DNA of 64,000 nucleotides, taken from contig CBDCYI010000004.1 of the NCBI GenBank assembly GCA_965224085.1, positions 992,001 to 1,056,000 of the forward strand. Direction: 5' to 3'. Under the pieces are notes generated by a model. The model searched no databases. It was not told the origin of the DNA and saw only the letters and a program-made list of their open reading frames with translations. Shown piece by piece: positions 54,659-64,000 of this stretch. The DNA is from Candidatus Marinacidobacterales bacterium. GTDB lineage: Bacteria; Acidobacteriota; Vicinamibacteria; Marinacidobacterales; SMYC01. Position 1 is the stretch's first letter. Each line of letters starts with the position of its first letter. The position numbers and the translations under genes were made by a program.

Positions 54659-56797
54659 ATGAGTATGGAACAACGTTCGCTCTTAAAATTACTCGCGGCG
54701 TGGATCGTCGTTTCGTTTGTTGTCCATGTCCCTTTTCTCGGAGCCCAAGACCCAGAGCCCAGACAGGACGATCCCGAGAACGTGTCGCGTTCAGATCCCC
54801 GGCCCACGCTCACGGAATATGTTTTCGTCGAGGGTAGTCTTCCCTACGTACCAACGGCGAATACGATCGTTTCGAAACTGCCGCTCGCGCTCCGATGGAC
54901 CCCCAATAACGTCGGGATCGTGACGGCGCCGCTCTTCCGGGAGCAATATGACCGCGTCGTCAGCGAGGCGCTCGTCAACGTGAGCAACGTGAATATCCAG
55001 ACCCAGAACGGCGTGCACGACTTTTTCTACATCCGCGGCTTCGATTCACTGTCGAGCGGGCTCATGCTTACCGACGGGGCGGCAGAGCCGGAAGCGACCT
55101 TCTATCAGCTCTATAACGTCGAGCGCGTCGAGGTCCTCAAGGGGCCGGCCGGCTTCCTCTACGGGAGCAATCCCCTTGCAGGCACGGTCAATCTAGTGCG
55201 CAAGCAGCCGACGCCGACGAACGGTCTCGACTTCGGCGCCACCTTCGGCTCATACGACAACTATGAAGGGACCTTCGACTGGAACGCGAGTACGGCGGAC
55301 GGTTCGAAGTCCTTCCGCTTGAACGGGCTTTTTCGCGATCAAGGTAGCTACCGCGACGGCAAAGAAGGCCGCACGCTGGCGATCAATCCCGCCTTTTCCT
55401 GGCAGTTCGATGACACGGGCCGGATGAACGTGAACTTCGAATATCTCGGCGCCGACTTTACGCCCGATAGCGGCCTTCCCGTGCTCGGCGACAACGTCGC
55501 ATCCGTCGATCGGGAGACGAATTACCAATCGCCGCTCGATCGCTCGGAGCAAGACGTTCTGCGTTTTCAAGCGGACTTCGAGAAAGTGCTCTCGCCCTCG
55601 ATCACGATCCGCGACAAGTTCTACCGGCGCGATCTCGATTGGGTTAGCAACGGAACACTCTTCAACGGTATCGAGCCTATGGCGGGTCTCCTCGTGCGTA
55701 CTTTCCTCGAGCTCGACGATCGCCAAGCGCTCACCGGGAATCAGCTAGAAGCGATCTTCTCTTTTGACACCGGGGGGCTGCGGCACAGCCTGCTGACGGG
55801 ATTCGAGGTCACACATCTCACCGACGCGTTCACCCTGGACGTCAACTTGCTCGCCCCCGTCAACCCGCTCGACCCTAGAATCGGCATCGACTCCGCCCCA
55901 TTTCCACTTCCCGGCGCTGGCTTCGCCGGGGATGCGCGCAGTCTCGTCGCCGCGCCTTACGTCATCGACCAGCTCCAATTCGGCGAGAAGTTCCACGTCC
56001 TCATTGGAGGCCGCGTCGACAACATCGACTTCCAGGATCACGCGAGCGGCCGCGAGACGAACGACACCGAGTTCTCACCGATGGTCGGGCTACTCGCGGC
56101 GCCACAACCGGAGCTCTCCATCTACGCGAACTACTCGCGATCCTTTGCGCCTCCCTCGGCTCGCGCCTTCGGTGAGCTCATGCCCGAGCGCAGCACGCAA
56201 TACGAAGTGGGCGTGAAAAAGGGCTTTTCGAGCTTTGGCGCCGAAGCTACTTTGGCCGTCTATCAACTCGAGCGCGACAACATCGCCATTCCGGACGACA
56301 ATGGTTTTACCCAGCAAATCGGAAATCAGCGCTCGCGCGGCATCGAAGTCGATTTCGCTGCCGAGCCCGTGCGCGGCGCACGCGCTTTTGTCTCCTACGC
56401 GTTCAACGACTCCGAGCTCACCAATTTCGCCGAGTCGTTTCTCGTCTCCGTGAACCCGCCGATCGTGTTCGTCGTCGATCGCACGGGCAATCGTGCCGCG
56501 TTCGCACCGAAACATATTTTGAACTTCTGGTTGAGCAAAGACCTTTCCGAGGTTTGGGGGGTCGGCGGCGGCGGCCGGTTCGTGAGCGATCAATTCATTG
56601 CCGAGGACAACGCGTTTACCATCGATGGCGTGATGACGTTTGATGCGATGGTTTACTACGACTTCGGGATGGCGCGCTTGCGGCTGAACCTTCGGAATCT
56701 CACGAATCGCGAGTACTATCTGCGCGGCTTCGGTGCCGCCTCGGTCATCCCAGCGCCGCCTTTTACGGCTTATGTCGGCGTGGACTTTCGACTCTGA
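54659..56797 (+). CDS. TonB-dependent (siderophore-type) receptor
   Basis: Signal peptide; IRGF, NVERVEVLKGPAGFLYG...GTVNLVRK, QYEVGVK, RSRGIE, NLTNREY; terminal F.L. Confidence 0.92.
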   Translation: MSMEQRSLLKLLAAWIVVSFVVHVPFLGAQDPEPRQDDPENVSRSDPRPTLTEYVFVEGSLPYVPTANTIVSKLPLALRWTPNNVGIVTAPLFREQYDRVVSEALVNVSNVNIQTQNGVHDFFYIRGFDSLSSGLMLTDGAAEPEATFYQLYNVERVEVLKGPAGFLYGSNPLAGTVNLVRKQPTPTNGLDFGATFGSYDNYEGTFDWNASTADGSKSFRLNGLFRDQGSYRDGKEGRTLAINPAFSWQFDDTGRMNVNFEYLGADFTPDSGLPVLGDNVASVDRETNYQSPLDRSEQDVLRFQADFEKVLSPSITIRDKFYRRDLDWVSNGTLFNGIEPMAGLLVRTFLELDDRQALTGNQLEAIFSFDTGGLRHSLLTGFEVTHLTDAFTLDVNLLAPVNPLDPRIGIDSAPFPLPGAGFAGDARSLVAAPYVIDQLQFGEKFHVLIGGRVDNIDFQDHASGRETNDTEFSPMVGLLAAPQPELSIYANYSRSFAPPSARAFGELMPERSTQYEVGVKKGFSSFGAEATLAVYQLERDNIAIPDDNGFTQQIGNQRSRGIEVDFAAEPVRGARAFVSYAFNDSELTNFAESFLVSVNPPIVFVVDRTGNRAAFAPKHILNFWLSKDLSEVWGVGGGGRFVSDQFIAEDNAFTIDGVMTFDAMVYYDFGMARLRLNLRNLTNREYYLRGFGAASVIPAPPFTAYVGVDFRL

Positions 56798-56855
56798 TTT
56801 GGGGCGTCCGATGAGAGCTTGCTTCGATCGTAGTGCGCCACTATCATCTCCGCCG

Positions 56856-57866
56856 ATGCCTAAAAGAACTTTCTCGATACTCGCACTCGCGCTCATAGCA
56901 CTGCTGTTTCCGGCGTGTGGTGGCGGTGGCGGAGACGAAGATGTGGGCTCGGCTTCGAGTACGCGGAGCTCGCGTTTCATCAGCATCGGCACCGCGCCTC
57001 CCGGAGGCGCTTTTTTCGTTGTCGGCGGCGCGCTCGGTGAAGTGCTCAACCAATACGGACCGGGTTGGGAGGTCACCTCCGAAGCGACGAAGGGTTCGCA
57101 GGAGAACATCCGCCGTCTCGAATCGGGAGAACTCGACATCGCGCTTTCGAACGCGGCCATCACCTATTTCGCTGTGCGTGGCGAAGGGAGCTGGGAGAAA
57201 GCCTACGATCTGCTTTCCGTAATGACGCTCGCGCCGAACGTCGCGATGTTCGTAGCACCCCGGGGCTCGGGCGTCGTGTCGATTGCGGACATCCGCGGCA
57301 AACGCGCGGTCGTGGGTCCGGCGGGCGCCGGGTGGGAATCCTTCGTGCGACCGATCGTCGAGGCGCACGGTGTGACGTATGACGACTTCACGCCTCTCAA
57401 CAATACGCAAGCAGGTGCGGTCGATAACTTGGCGGACGGTTCTGCGGCGGCGGCGTTTCTGGGCGGAGCTGTTCCGACCGCATCGATCGTGCAAGCGTCC
57501 ACGTCACAAGACATCTTGCTCGTGCCCTTCGACAGGGAGGCACGGGCCGAGCTCGTCACCAACTATCCGTTCTTCTACGAGCGCACCGTCCCCGCGGGCA
57601 CCTATCGCGGCCAAGACGAGGACTATCACGGGCTCGACGTCGGCTCGATGCATCTCGTCGCCTCGGCGAAGGCGGACGAAAAGCTGATCTACCGGATCAC
57701 GAAAACCATCTACCAAAACCGCGAGAGCGTCACCGAGAAACATCCCGCCGGCAATTTCATCAACGCCGAGAATGCGGTACGGGATACCGGCGTCGAGTTC
57801 CACTCGGGCGCAATCCGCTTCTATCGCGAGATTGGGAACTGGCCCGAAACGGACGACGAAAGTTAA
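56856..57866 (+). CDS. TAXI-family TRAP substrate-binding lipoprotein
   Basis: Lipobox FPAC; IGTA..GG.F; T.GS.EN; FHSGA.RFY.E. Confidence 0.9.
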   Translation: MPKRTFSILALALIALLFPACGGGGGDEDVGSASSTRSSRFISIGTAPPGGAFFVVGGALGEVLNQYGPGWEVTSEATKGSQENIRRLESGELDIALSNAAITYFAVRGEGSWEKAYDLLSVMTLAPNVAMFVAPRGSGVVSIADIRGKRAVVGPAGAGWESFVRPIVEAHGVTYDDFTPLNNTQAGAVDNLADGSAAAAFLGGAVPTASIVQASTSQDILLVPFDREARAELVTNYPFFYERTVPAGTYRGQDEDYHGLDVGSMHLVASAKADEKLIYRITKTIYQNRESVTEKHPAGNFINAENAVRDTGVEFHSGAIRFYREIGNWPETDDES

Positions 57867-57873
57867 CCGCTCC

Positions 57874-59811
57874 ATGCCCAGCTCGATCCGCGGGCATCTT
57901 GTTCGAGTTCTCGGGATTGGTCTGTCCCTTTTCGTTCTCGCGGAAGTCAACTACGCCCAGCTCTCACCGCAATCGCAGCTGGCGATCTTTGCCCTCTTCG
58001 GCCTCGTTCTTTGCTTTCTCTTGTTTCCGATACGCTTCGAGCATAGGGCGGCGTGGCTCGTCGACGCGGTCTCGGGCCTCGCGGCCGCGTTCGTTTGTCT
58101 CTACGTCGTCGTGCAAACGGAGCCCGCGTTCCGCTCGCTATGGACCGGCGGCTTGTCGCTCGGCGATCGCGCGGGCGCTGAGTCGGCGCTCGATTACTTC
58201 GTCGGGGGCCTCGGTGTTCTCATCGTGCTCGACGCGACCCGGCGCTGCCTCGGATGGGCGATTCCTGTTCTCGCGTGCACGTTTCTGATCTACGCCCTTG
58301 GCGGCTCCTCGTTTCCCTCCTGGCTCTTCCCCCATCGCGGCTACTCGATCGAGCGCATCGTCGGCCAGACCTTTCTTCACAGCCAAGGTGTGTTCGGCGT
58401 CGCACTCAAGGTGATGTTCACCTACGTGTTCTTGTTCGTGCTGTTCGGGGCCTTTCTCGAGGCAACGGGTGCCACGAGCTTCATCGTCGATTACGCCAAG
58501 CGTCTTTTTCGCCGAAGCCCTGGTGGCGCGGCGAAAGTCGCAGTCTTGAGCAGTGGTCTCATGGGCTCGCTTTCCGGAAGCGCGGTCGCGAACACAGCGA
58601 CGACGGGAACGTTCACGATCCCTCTCATGCGCAGCATTGGCTTCCGCCCGCACATCGCGGCGGGCGTGACAGCGGCGGCGAGCTCCGGTGGCGCGCTCGT
58701 GCCGCCCGTTATGGGCGCGGGCGCCTACATGATGCTCGAACTCGTGACACCGCCGGTTACCTATTTACAGGTCATCCGCGCGGCGCTCATCCCGGCGTTC
58801 ATCTATTACCTCGCCCTCTTTTTGATCGTGCACTTCTATTCGCAGCGCATCGGCGCCGGCAACATCGAGCCGGACGTTGCACCTGTGCCCAAGAGCTCAG
58901 GCTTTCCCTACGAAGGGCTCGTTTTCGTCCTGACGCTAGGTACGCTTGTCGGGTTTCTCGTGGCGGGCTATACCGTGTTTCGATCGGTCAGCCTTGCGCT
59001 CGCGCTCGTGATCGTCCTGAGCTTTTTCAATGAGCGAACGCGTCTCGGCTGGCGATCGGTCGAAAAAGCATTCGTGAAAACGGCGAGAGGCGGCGTCCCT
59101 CTCGTGGCCGCGGCGGCGTCGGTCGGGATCATCCTCGGCGTGGTCACTTTGACCGGTGTCGGCACCAAGTTCCCGTCGACGATCCTGATGATTGCTGGCG
59201 AGAACCTGCTCCTCGCGCTGAGCCTCATCATGGTCGGGTCGATCGTCCTCGGCATGGGGTTGCCGTCCGCGGTCTGCTATCTCTTGATGGCCACGCTCAT
59301 CGGGCCTATCATCGGAAAGCTCGGGGTGGTGCCACTCGCCGCGCATTTTTTCATCTTCTATTTCGGGATGATGTCCATGGTGACCCCGCCGGTCGCACTC
59401 GCGGCCTATGCGGCAGCCTCCATTGCCGACTGCCATATCATGAGCGCAGCACTCGCCGCTTTTCGCTTCGCCCTCGTCGGGTTTACGCTCCCGTTCATGT
59501 TCGTCTTCCGCCCCGAGCTCCTGTTGTTGAGCGCGGATGGATCGGACGTGGGCTTCTTACCTCCCTTTCTGGCTTCGGCGATCGTCATCACCGGGATCGT
59601 ACCCCTGGCCGCGGGTATCGCTGGTTATTTCGGCGGAACGCTCTCGGCCGCCATGCGCGCCGTGCTCATCGTCGCGGCGGCGCTTCTGTTCTACCCCGGC
59701 CGCGATGCGAGCTTCGCGGGTGTCGGGTTGTCGATCGCGAACGCGGCAGGGTTCGTGCTCCTCCTTATCGTCATCGCCCGGCAGTTCGGGAGAAAGGAGA
59801 CCGTGCCATGA
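57874..59811 (+). CDS. TRAP fused 4TM/12TM permease
   Basis: GGAAKVAV.SS...G..SGSAVAN; ASSGG...PPVMGA.A; LGMGLP; TPPVALAAYAA. Confidence 0.92.
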   Translation: MPSSIRGHLVRVLGIGLSLFVLAEVNYAQLSPQSQLAIFALFGLVLCFLLFPIRFEHRAAWLVDAVSGLAAAFVCLYVVVQTEPAFRSLWTGGLSLGDRAGAESALDYFVGGLGVLIVLDATRRCLGWAIPVLACTFLIYALGGSSFPSWLFPHRGYSIERIVGQTFLHSQGVFGVALKVMFTYVFLFVLFGAFLEATGATSFIVDYAKRLFRRSPGGAAKVAVLSSGLMGSLSGSAVANTATTGTFTIPLMRSIGFRPHIAAGVTAAASSGGALVPPVMGAGAYMMLELVTPPVTYLQVIRAALIPAFIYYLALFLIVHFYSQRIGAGNIEPDVAPVPKSSGFPYEGLVFVLTLGTLVGFLVAGYTVFRSVSLALALVIVLSFFNERTRLGWRSVEKAFVKTARGGVPLVAAAASVGIILGVVTLTGVGTKFPSTILMIAGENLLLALSLIMVGSIVLGMGLPSAVCYLLMATLIGPIIGKLGVVPLAAHFFIFYFGMMSMVTPPVALAAYAAASIADCHIMSAALAAFRFALVGFTLPFMFVFRPELLLLSADGSDVGFLPPFLASAIVITGIVPLAAGIAGYFGGTLSAAMRAVLIVAAALLFYPGRDASFAGVGLSIANAAGFVLLLIVIARQFGRKETVP

Positions 59812-61093
59812 AAAGGTTCGGCTTACTACTTGTCTTCGGCCGTCTTTCCCCAATACAATAAAGAAACTCGGCGTTCCTCAAGAACAGCTGGCCTTCGGAA
59901 ACGGCGACGGAGCTCAACGTGTAGCTCTCGAGATCGTTCTCGGCGATGACGCCGAACTCGGCTCCTGCCTTCATGACCGTCGTCACACCGTCTTCGTTCG
60001 TTACGTAGACCTTCCCGTCCGCGAGCACGGGCGATGAGCTGTAAGTTCCAGCCGCAATGCGCTGCGGGCCCCAAATGACCTCGCCGGACTTCGCATCGAG
60101 ACTGAACGTGACGCCCCGGTCGTTCACGACATAGAGATACTTGCCGTCCGTGACTGGCGTCGGAACGTCCGGACCATTGTTGAAGGACCACAGCAGATGG
60201 CTCGTCGTGATGTCGCCTCGGCCGCCCGCTTTGAGGGCGAGCATGGGGCGGACGCGGGTCGGCGCGTAGATGATGCCGTCCATGACGACCGGAGAGGCAA
60301 CGATGCGGTAGTTGCGATCGTTGTCCGGGTTGAGTCCATCGGCTCGCCAAAGCTCTTTGCCCGTCTGAAGGTCGTGGCCAGTCACAACGTCGCCGCCCGT
60401 CAGCACGATCTCGTACTTCCCGTCATATTCCAGAAGCGCGGGTGTGATGTAGGCGTCCGGGGATTCGCGGATGGCGTCTGTCAGCCGCTCGACCCGCCAG
60501 ACAGTCTTTCCCGTTGCAGCGTCAATGCGCAGGAGATAAGACGGCTCGTCGGTCTTCATGCCGTGTAGCACCGGCATGTAGAGTGCGCCTTGGAACAGAA
60601 GCGGCGACGATGCATAGCCCCAGTTGAGGCCGAACTTACCGTAGTCGGCGGGGATGTTACGCGACCAGAGCTCGTTGCCGTCGAAGTCGAAGGACTTCAA
60701 GATACCTGTCCCTGTCATCACCCAAACGTGCTTGCCATCCGTCACCGGCGACGGGGACGACATGTTCTGCTTTCGCTCACGGTGGTCGCCGCCGCTTAGA
60801 AAAGCCTTCCACTTCACCCGTCCGTCCTTGCGGTCGACCGCCCAAAGATGAAGCTCGCCTTCACCGGCCACGTTCAGGAAAACGGTCTCGCCCCAGACGA
60901 TGGGTGTCGCACCCGTACGGTCCGGCATGGGGATCCGCCACGAAACATTCTTCGTCGTGCTCCAATCGCTGGGAAGTCCGCGCTCGCCGCTAACACCGTC
61001 GCGCGTCGGGCCTCGCCAATGAGGCCAGTTCTCGGCGAAAGCGGAGCTAGCGAGTGTCGTGACGACTATGAGTAAGGATAATAGTGTCTTCAT
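59771..61093 (-). CDS. Secreted PQQ-like beta-propeller protein
   Basis: Signal peptide plus ENWPHWRGP; SPSPVTDG; YASSP; [11 protein letters not shown]; GGAGG RBS before 61093. Confidence 0.88.
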   Translation of the reverse strand: MKTLLSLLIVVTTLASSAFAENWPHWRGPTRDGVSGERGLPSDWSTTKNVSWRIPMPDRTGATPIVWGETVFLNVAGEGELHLWAVDRKDGRVKWKAFLSGGDHRERKQNMSSPSPVTDGKHVWVMTGTGILKSFDFDGNELWSRNIPADYGKFGLNWGYASSPLLFQGALYMPVLHGMKTDEPSYLLRIDAATGKTVWRVERLTDAIRESPDAYITPALLEYDGKYEIVLTGGDVVTGHDLQTGKELWRADGLNPDNDRNYRIVASPVVMDGIIYAPTRVRPMLALKAGGRGDITTSHLLWSFNNGPDVPTPVTDGKYLYVVNDRGVTFSLDAKSGEVIWGPQRIAAGTYSSSPVLADGKVYVTNEDGVTTVMKAGAEFGVIAENDLESYTLSSVAVSEGQLFLRNAEFLYCIGERRPKTSSKPNLFMARSPFSRTAGR

Positions 61094-61134
61094 TCGTTCG
61101 TGTACCTCCGGACCGCCTCGAGGAATATTAACGC

Positions 61135-62684
61135 TCATTCGGAGATCCCGTAAACATGCGTCAGCGTGCGAATGACAAGAAGTCCGTTCGAAGCCGCGGG
61201 CGTGGACAGCACTGTCCCGTCCACGGTGTTTTTAGCGAGAAGCTCGTACTCGTCTCCCGCGCGCACGACGAAGGTCTCCCCTTCCTCGTTGGTGAAGTAG
61301 AGTTGGGCGAGCTCGAGTGCCCCCACTGATAGTCCGGATCGTAGAACCAGCCTACGTTGAGGACTCCGATGTCTTTTCTCCAAAGAAGGTTTCCGTCGAC
61401 GTCGTAGCAAAGCAAGAGACCGACCGAGCCGAGCACGGCCACGACATGCTCACCGTCGGTCACTGGCGTCGCGTTGGCTTGGCTCGACTTGGAATGCCGC
61501 TTCGTTCCCGGTTCACCCTTGTGAAGCTCGCGCTCCCAGGCGATCGCGCCGTCTTTGGTGTTCAAGGCATATAGTAGCCAGCGATGTTCTGAGAGATCTT
61601 CGATAGGAGTGACGTCTCCGTAGAGGCCGGTCCGAAAGGTGTCGTTCCCGGCGCCGCTTACCGCGGTCAGAACAAAGATGCGCTCGCCCCAAATGACGGG
61701 GCTCGACACGCTGAAGCCGGGAAGCTCTGTTTTGAAACGGATGTGCTTCCCTGCTTCCGCATCCCACTCGATCGGTACCCCCTGCGCGTCAGCGATCCCG
61801 GATCGGTTTGGACCGCGGAAACCCGGCCACGGAGCGGCCGGAGCGCGTGCCACGGGGGCGACGTCTGTCGCGACGACGACGTTCGGGCGGTCGATGGGGG
61901 CCGCCTCTCCGCGTTCCTCGGACTCGTCGAGCGGGCGAAAGGCAGTCGACGTCTCGCCCTGGCGGAGGACGACGCGCTCAATCATGCCGCCACGGCCTCC
62001 AAAAAAGACTTCGGCGTCGCTGCCGACGACTTCAAAGTCATGCTCGCCCCTCGGGCGGAGCCGCGCTGAGAAATCTCCAGACACTACGAGGGCGCCGTCG
62101 CGCAGAGCAACCGTGACATAGCGCTGCTCGGATTCGTTCTCATAGCGGCCGACGAAGCGCTCGAGCTCTGCGCGCGAGAGCACGACGATGGCCGCGGGCG
62201 TACCTTCTTGAACGTCGGCGTCCGCTATCAGAGCGCGGAGGTCTCCCGCCGCAATCTCGAGAGCACGGTCATAGGCCGGGCGCGTCACGCCTCCCGTCGC
62301 GAGAGCGGCCTCGACGAGCGTACGGTCTTCGTTCGCGACGCCCAAACGCAGAACAGCGTCCGCGCCGGGCGAGCCGCGCGAGAGAAGAAACCGCGCGACG
62401 TCGAAATGCTTGCCGCTCAAAGCACGGCTGAGCGCGCTCATCTTGTAAAAGCTGTCTTCGATGTCGAGGCGCGCGTCGTGCTCCACGAGGAGCGTCACCA
62501 TGTCGAGGTCGCCTTTTTCCGCAGCGAAGAAAAGTGCGGTGGCGCCGTAGCGATTCCCCGCGTCGACGTCGATGCCTTGCTCGATGAGGGCCCGCGCTCT
62601 TTCGAGATCCCCTTGGCGCGCGGCCTCGTGAAGGTCCTCGCCGTTTTGGAACAGAAGAAGCGCCAGGAGCCATGCCATGCTCAC
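61135..62684 (-). pseudogene. Ankyrin + DUF3471-like + PQQ beta-propeller protein with internal deletion
   Basis: Ankyrin LHEAARQGD, GATALFFAA; L.RFVGRY; WPGFRGP. WGHSSSP is joined out of frame (about 61310) to the final blade LYFTNEEG...STPA. Confidence 0.78.
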
Positions 62685-64000
62685 TCTCCTCCGAAGCAGT
62701 AGAGAATATTGCGGGTGCGTATGTAGAGGCGTCCATCCGCAATGGCGGGTGTCGCGTGGATCAAATCGTCGAGGTCATTGACCGCGAGCACTTCTAGATC
62801 GCCCGCCGGACTGAGCACGGCGACTTTCCCGAGCTCGCTTGCCATGAAGATCTTGCCGTCCGCCGCCACGGGCGAGGCGTAATAGTTGTCGACGGCGCCT
62901 TTGAGGCGTCCCTGCGCGATGATACCCCCTGTTTTTGGCTCGAGCGTCGTTACGATCCCGCCGTCGTTCACCATGTAAAGAACATCCATGTAAAGAAGAG
63001 GCGACGGGAGCTGGGGGACCCGTTTGTGATAGGTCCACACCACGTTCTGCTCCGTCATGTCGCCTTCACCGCCCACACGGATCCCGAGAATGGCGTTCTT
63101 CGACGCGAGCGCGGCGAGGTAGTAGTCATACTCTGCCGCGTCGAGCCGGCCGTCGGCGCTCAAGTCAACGAAGCCGAACCACGACCGCACATGTCCCTCG
63201 GCCTCGTCTCGAGCGAGGAATCCGTCATCGTTCGGGTCGAGTTCCTGGAACGGAGACGCTACGACGTTGCGCCCCGGTTGATTCTCCGGTGTGCCATAGC
63301 CGTTGATGTAGAGCATGTCGCCGGCGAGAACGGGCGTCGACTTCATCTCGAAAGAAAGACCGCTCACCCACCAGAGCTTCTCACCGGTCTTCGCGGCGTA
63401 GGAGGTTAAAAGAAACGAACCGGGCACGAGGATCTCGAGCGAGCCGTCCTTCGCCTCGTGGAGCACGGGCGTCGAGTGGCCGCTCTTCGCTTCGGGGCGG
63501 CGCTTTTGCCAGACGACTTTCCCATGCCTCTTGTCGAGCGCGATGATGTAGGAGTTCGTGGCCTGATCGCAGACGAGGACGACGTGGTCGCCCGCGAGGA
63601 TGGGTGAGGCGCCCATCCCGTAGATATTGTCGAAGTCTTCGACGGCGAATCGCCATAGCTCCTCGCCTTCGAAGTCATAGGCAAGAAGCCCGAAGTCGGG
63701 AAAAAAGACAAAGACGCTCTGGTCGTCGACCACAGGGCTCGGTGATGCGGAGTTGTTGCGGTCGTCGAAGTTCGTGACGCGCGTGCGGGGTGCTTCCCTT
63801 CGCCACAAGATCTCGCCGGTTTCGCGATCGAGGCAATACGTGAAGAGTGTCTCGTCTTCGAACGCCGTAAGGAAGATCCGTTCTTCTGTGACGATTGGAG
63901 ATGAATGCCCCGGAGGAAGCGGCGTCTTCCACACGACGTTTTGGGACGGACCGAAATGAAGCGGAAGCTTTTCGGTGTCGACGACGCCTGTTCCATTCGG
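62681..64000 (-). CDS. PQQ-like beta-propeller with EF-hand insert (5' end outside window)
   Basis: GHSSP, ASPSP, STPV, YYASPV; EF-hand-like DPNDDGFLARDE and DLSADGRLDAAE. Confidence 0.85.
   Translation of the reverse strand, partial: PNGTGVVDTEKLPLHFGPSQNVVWKTPLPPGHSSPIVTEERIFLTAFEDETLFTYCLDRETGEILWRREAPRTRVTNFDDRNNSASPSPVVDDQSVFVFFPDFGLLAYDFEGEELWRFAVEDFDNIYGMGASPILAGDHVVLVCDQATNSYIIALDKRHGKVVWQKRRPEAKSGHSTPVLHEAKDGSLEILVPGSFLLTSYAAKTGEKLWWVSGLSFEMKSTPVLAGDMLYINGYGTPENQPGRNVVASPFQELDPNDDGFLARDEAEGHVRSWFGFVDLSADGRLDAAEYDYYLAALASKNAILGIRVGGEGDMTEQNVVWTYHKRVPQLPSPLLYMDVLYMVNDGGIVTTLEPKTGGIIAQGRLKGAVDNYYASPVAADGKIFMASELGKVAVLSPAGDLEVLAVNDLDDLIHATPAIADGRLYIRTRNILYCFGGE

Overview
GC-rich bacterial DNA, most likely Acidobacteriota (Vicinamibacteria-like). 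This is an inference from two PadR/ADOP-permease pairs, many secreted PQQ-type beta-propellers and a VPS10-type hydrolase. Housekeeping genes include efp/epmA, prlC, xth, ahcY, a chorismate mutase-prephenate dehydratase-DAHP synthase fusion, cnoX, dacB, miaE, a TonB-dependent receptor and a TAXI-TRAP transporter. Two insertion sequences sit only about 10 bp apart between two convergent genes. One is an IS1634 element with terminal inverted repeats and a CTAG duplication. The other is an IS110-family (IS1111-type) element whose downstream non-coding region looks like a bridge/seek RNA, with guide-like matches to its own target and donor junctions. Signals the ORF track misses: a Phe-rich leader peptide with no intrinsic terminator upstream of the aromatic fusion gene, a UxxC selenoprotein with a SECIS-like hairpin, a 9-bp tandem repeat forming a uORF, and a structured intergenic element. 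The window is also strongly mosaic: many genes are cut mid-domain and joined to unrelated fragments (for example alpha-2-macroglobulin joined to a Nit1C nitrilase cluster). Several single-base frameshifts fall in short homopolymers and may be sequencing errors. I saw no rRNA, tRNA or CRISPR array. All family calls come from motif recognition, not database searches.
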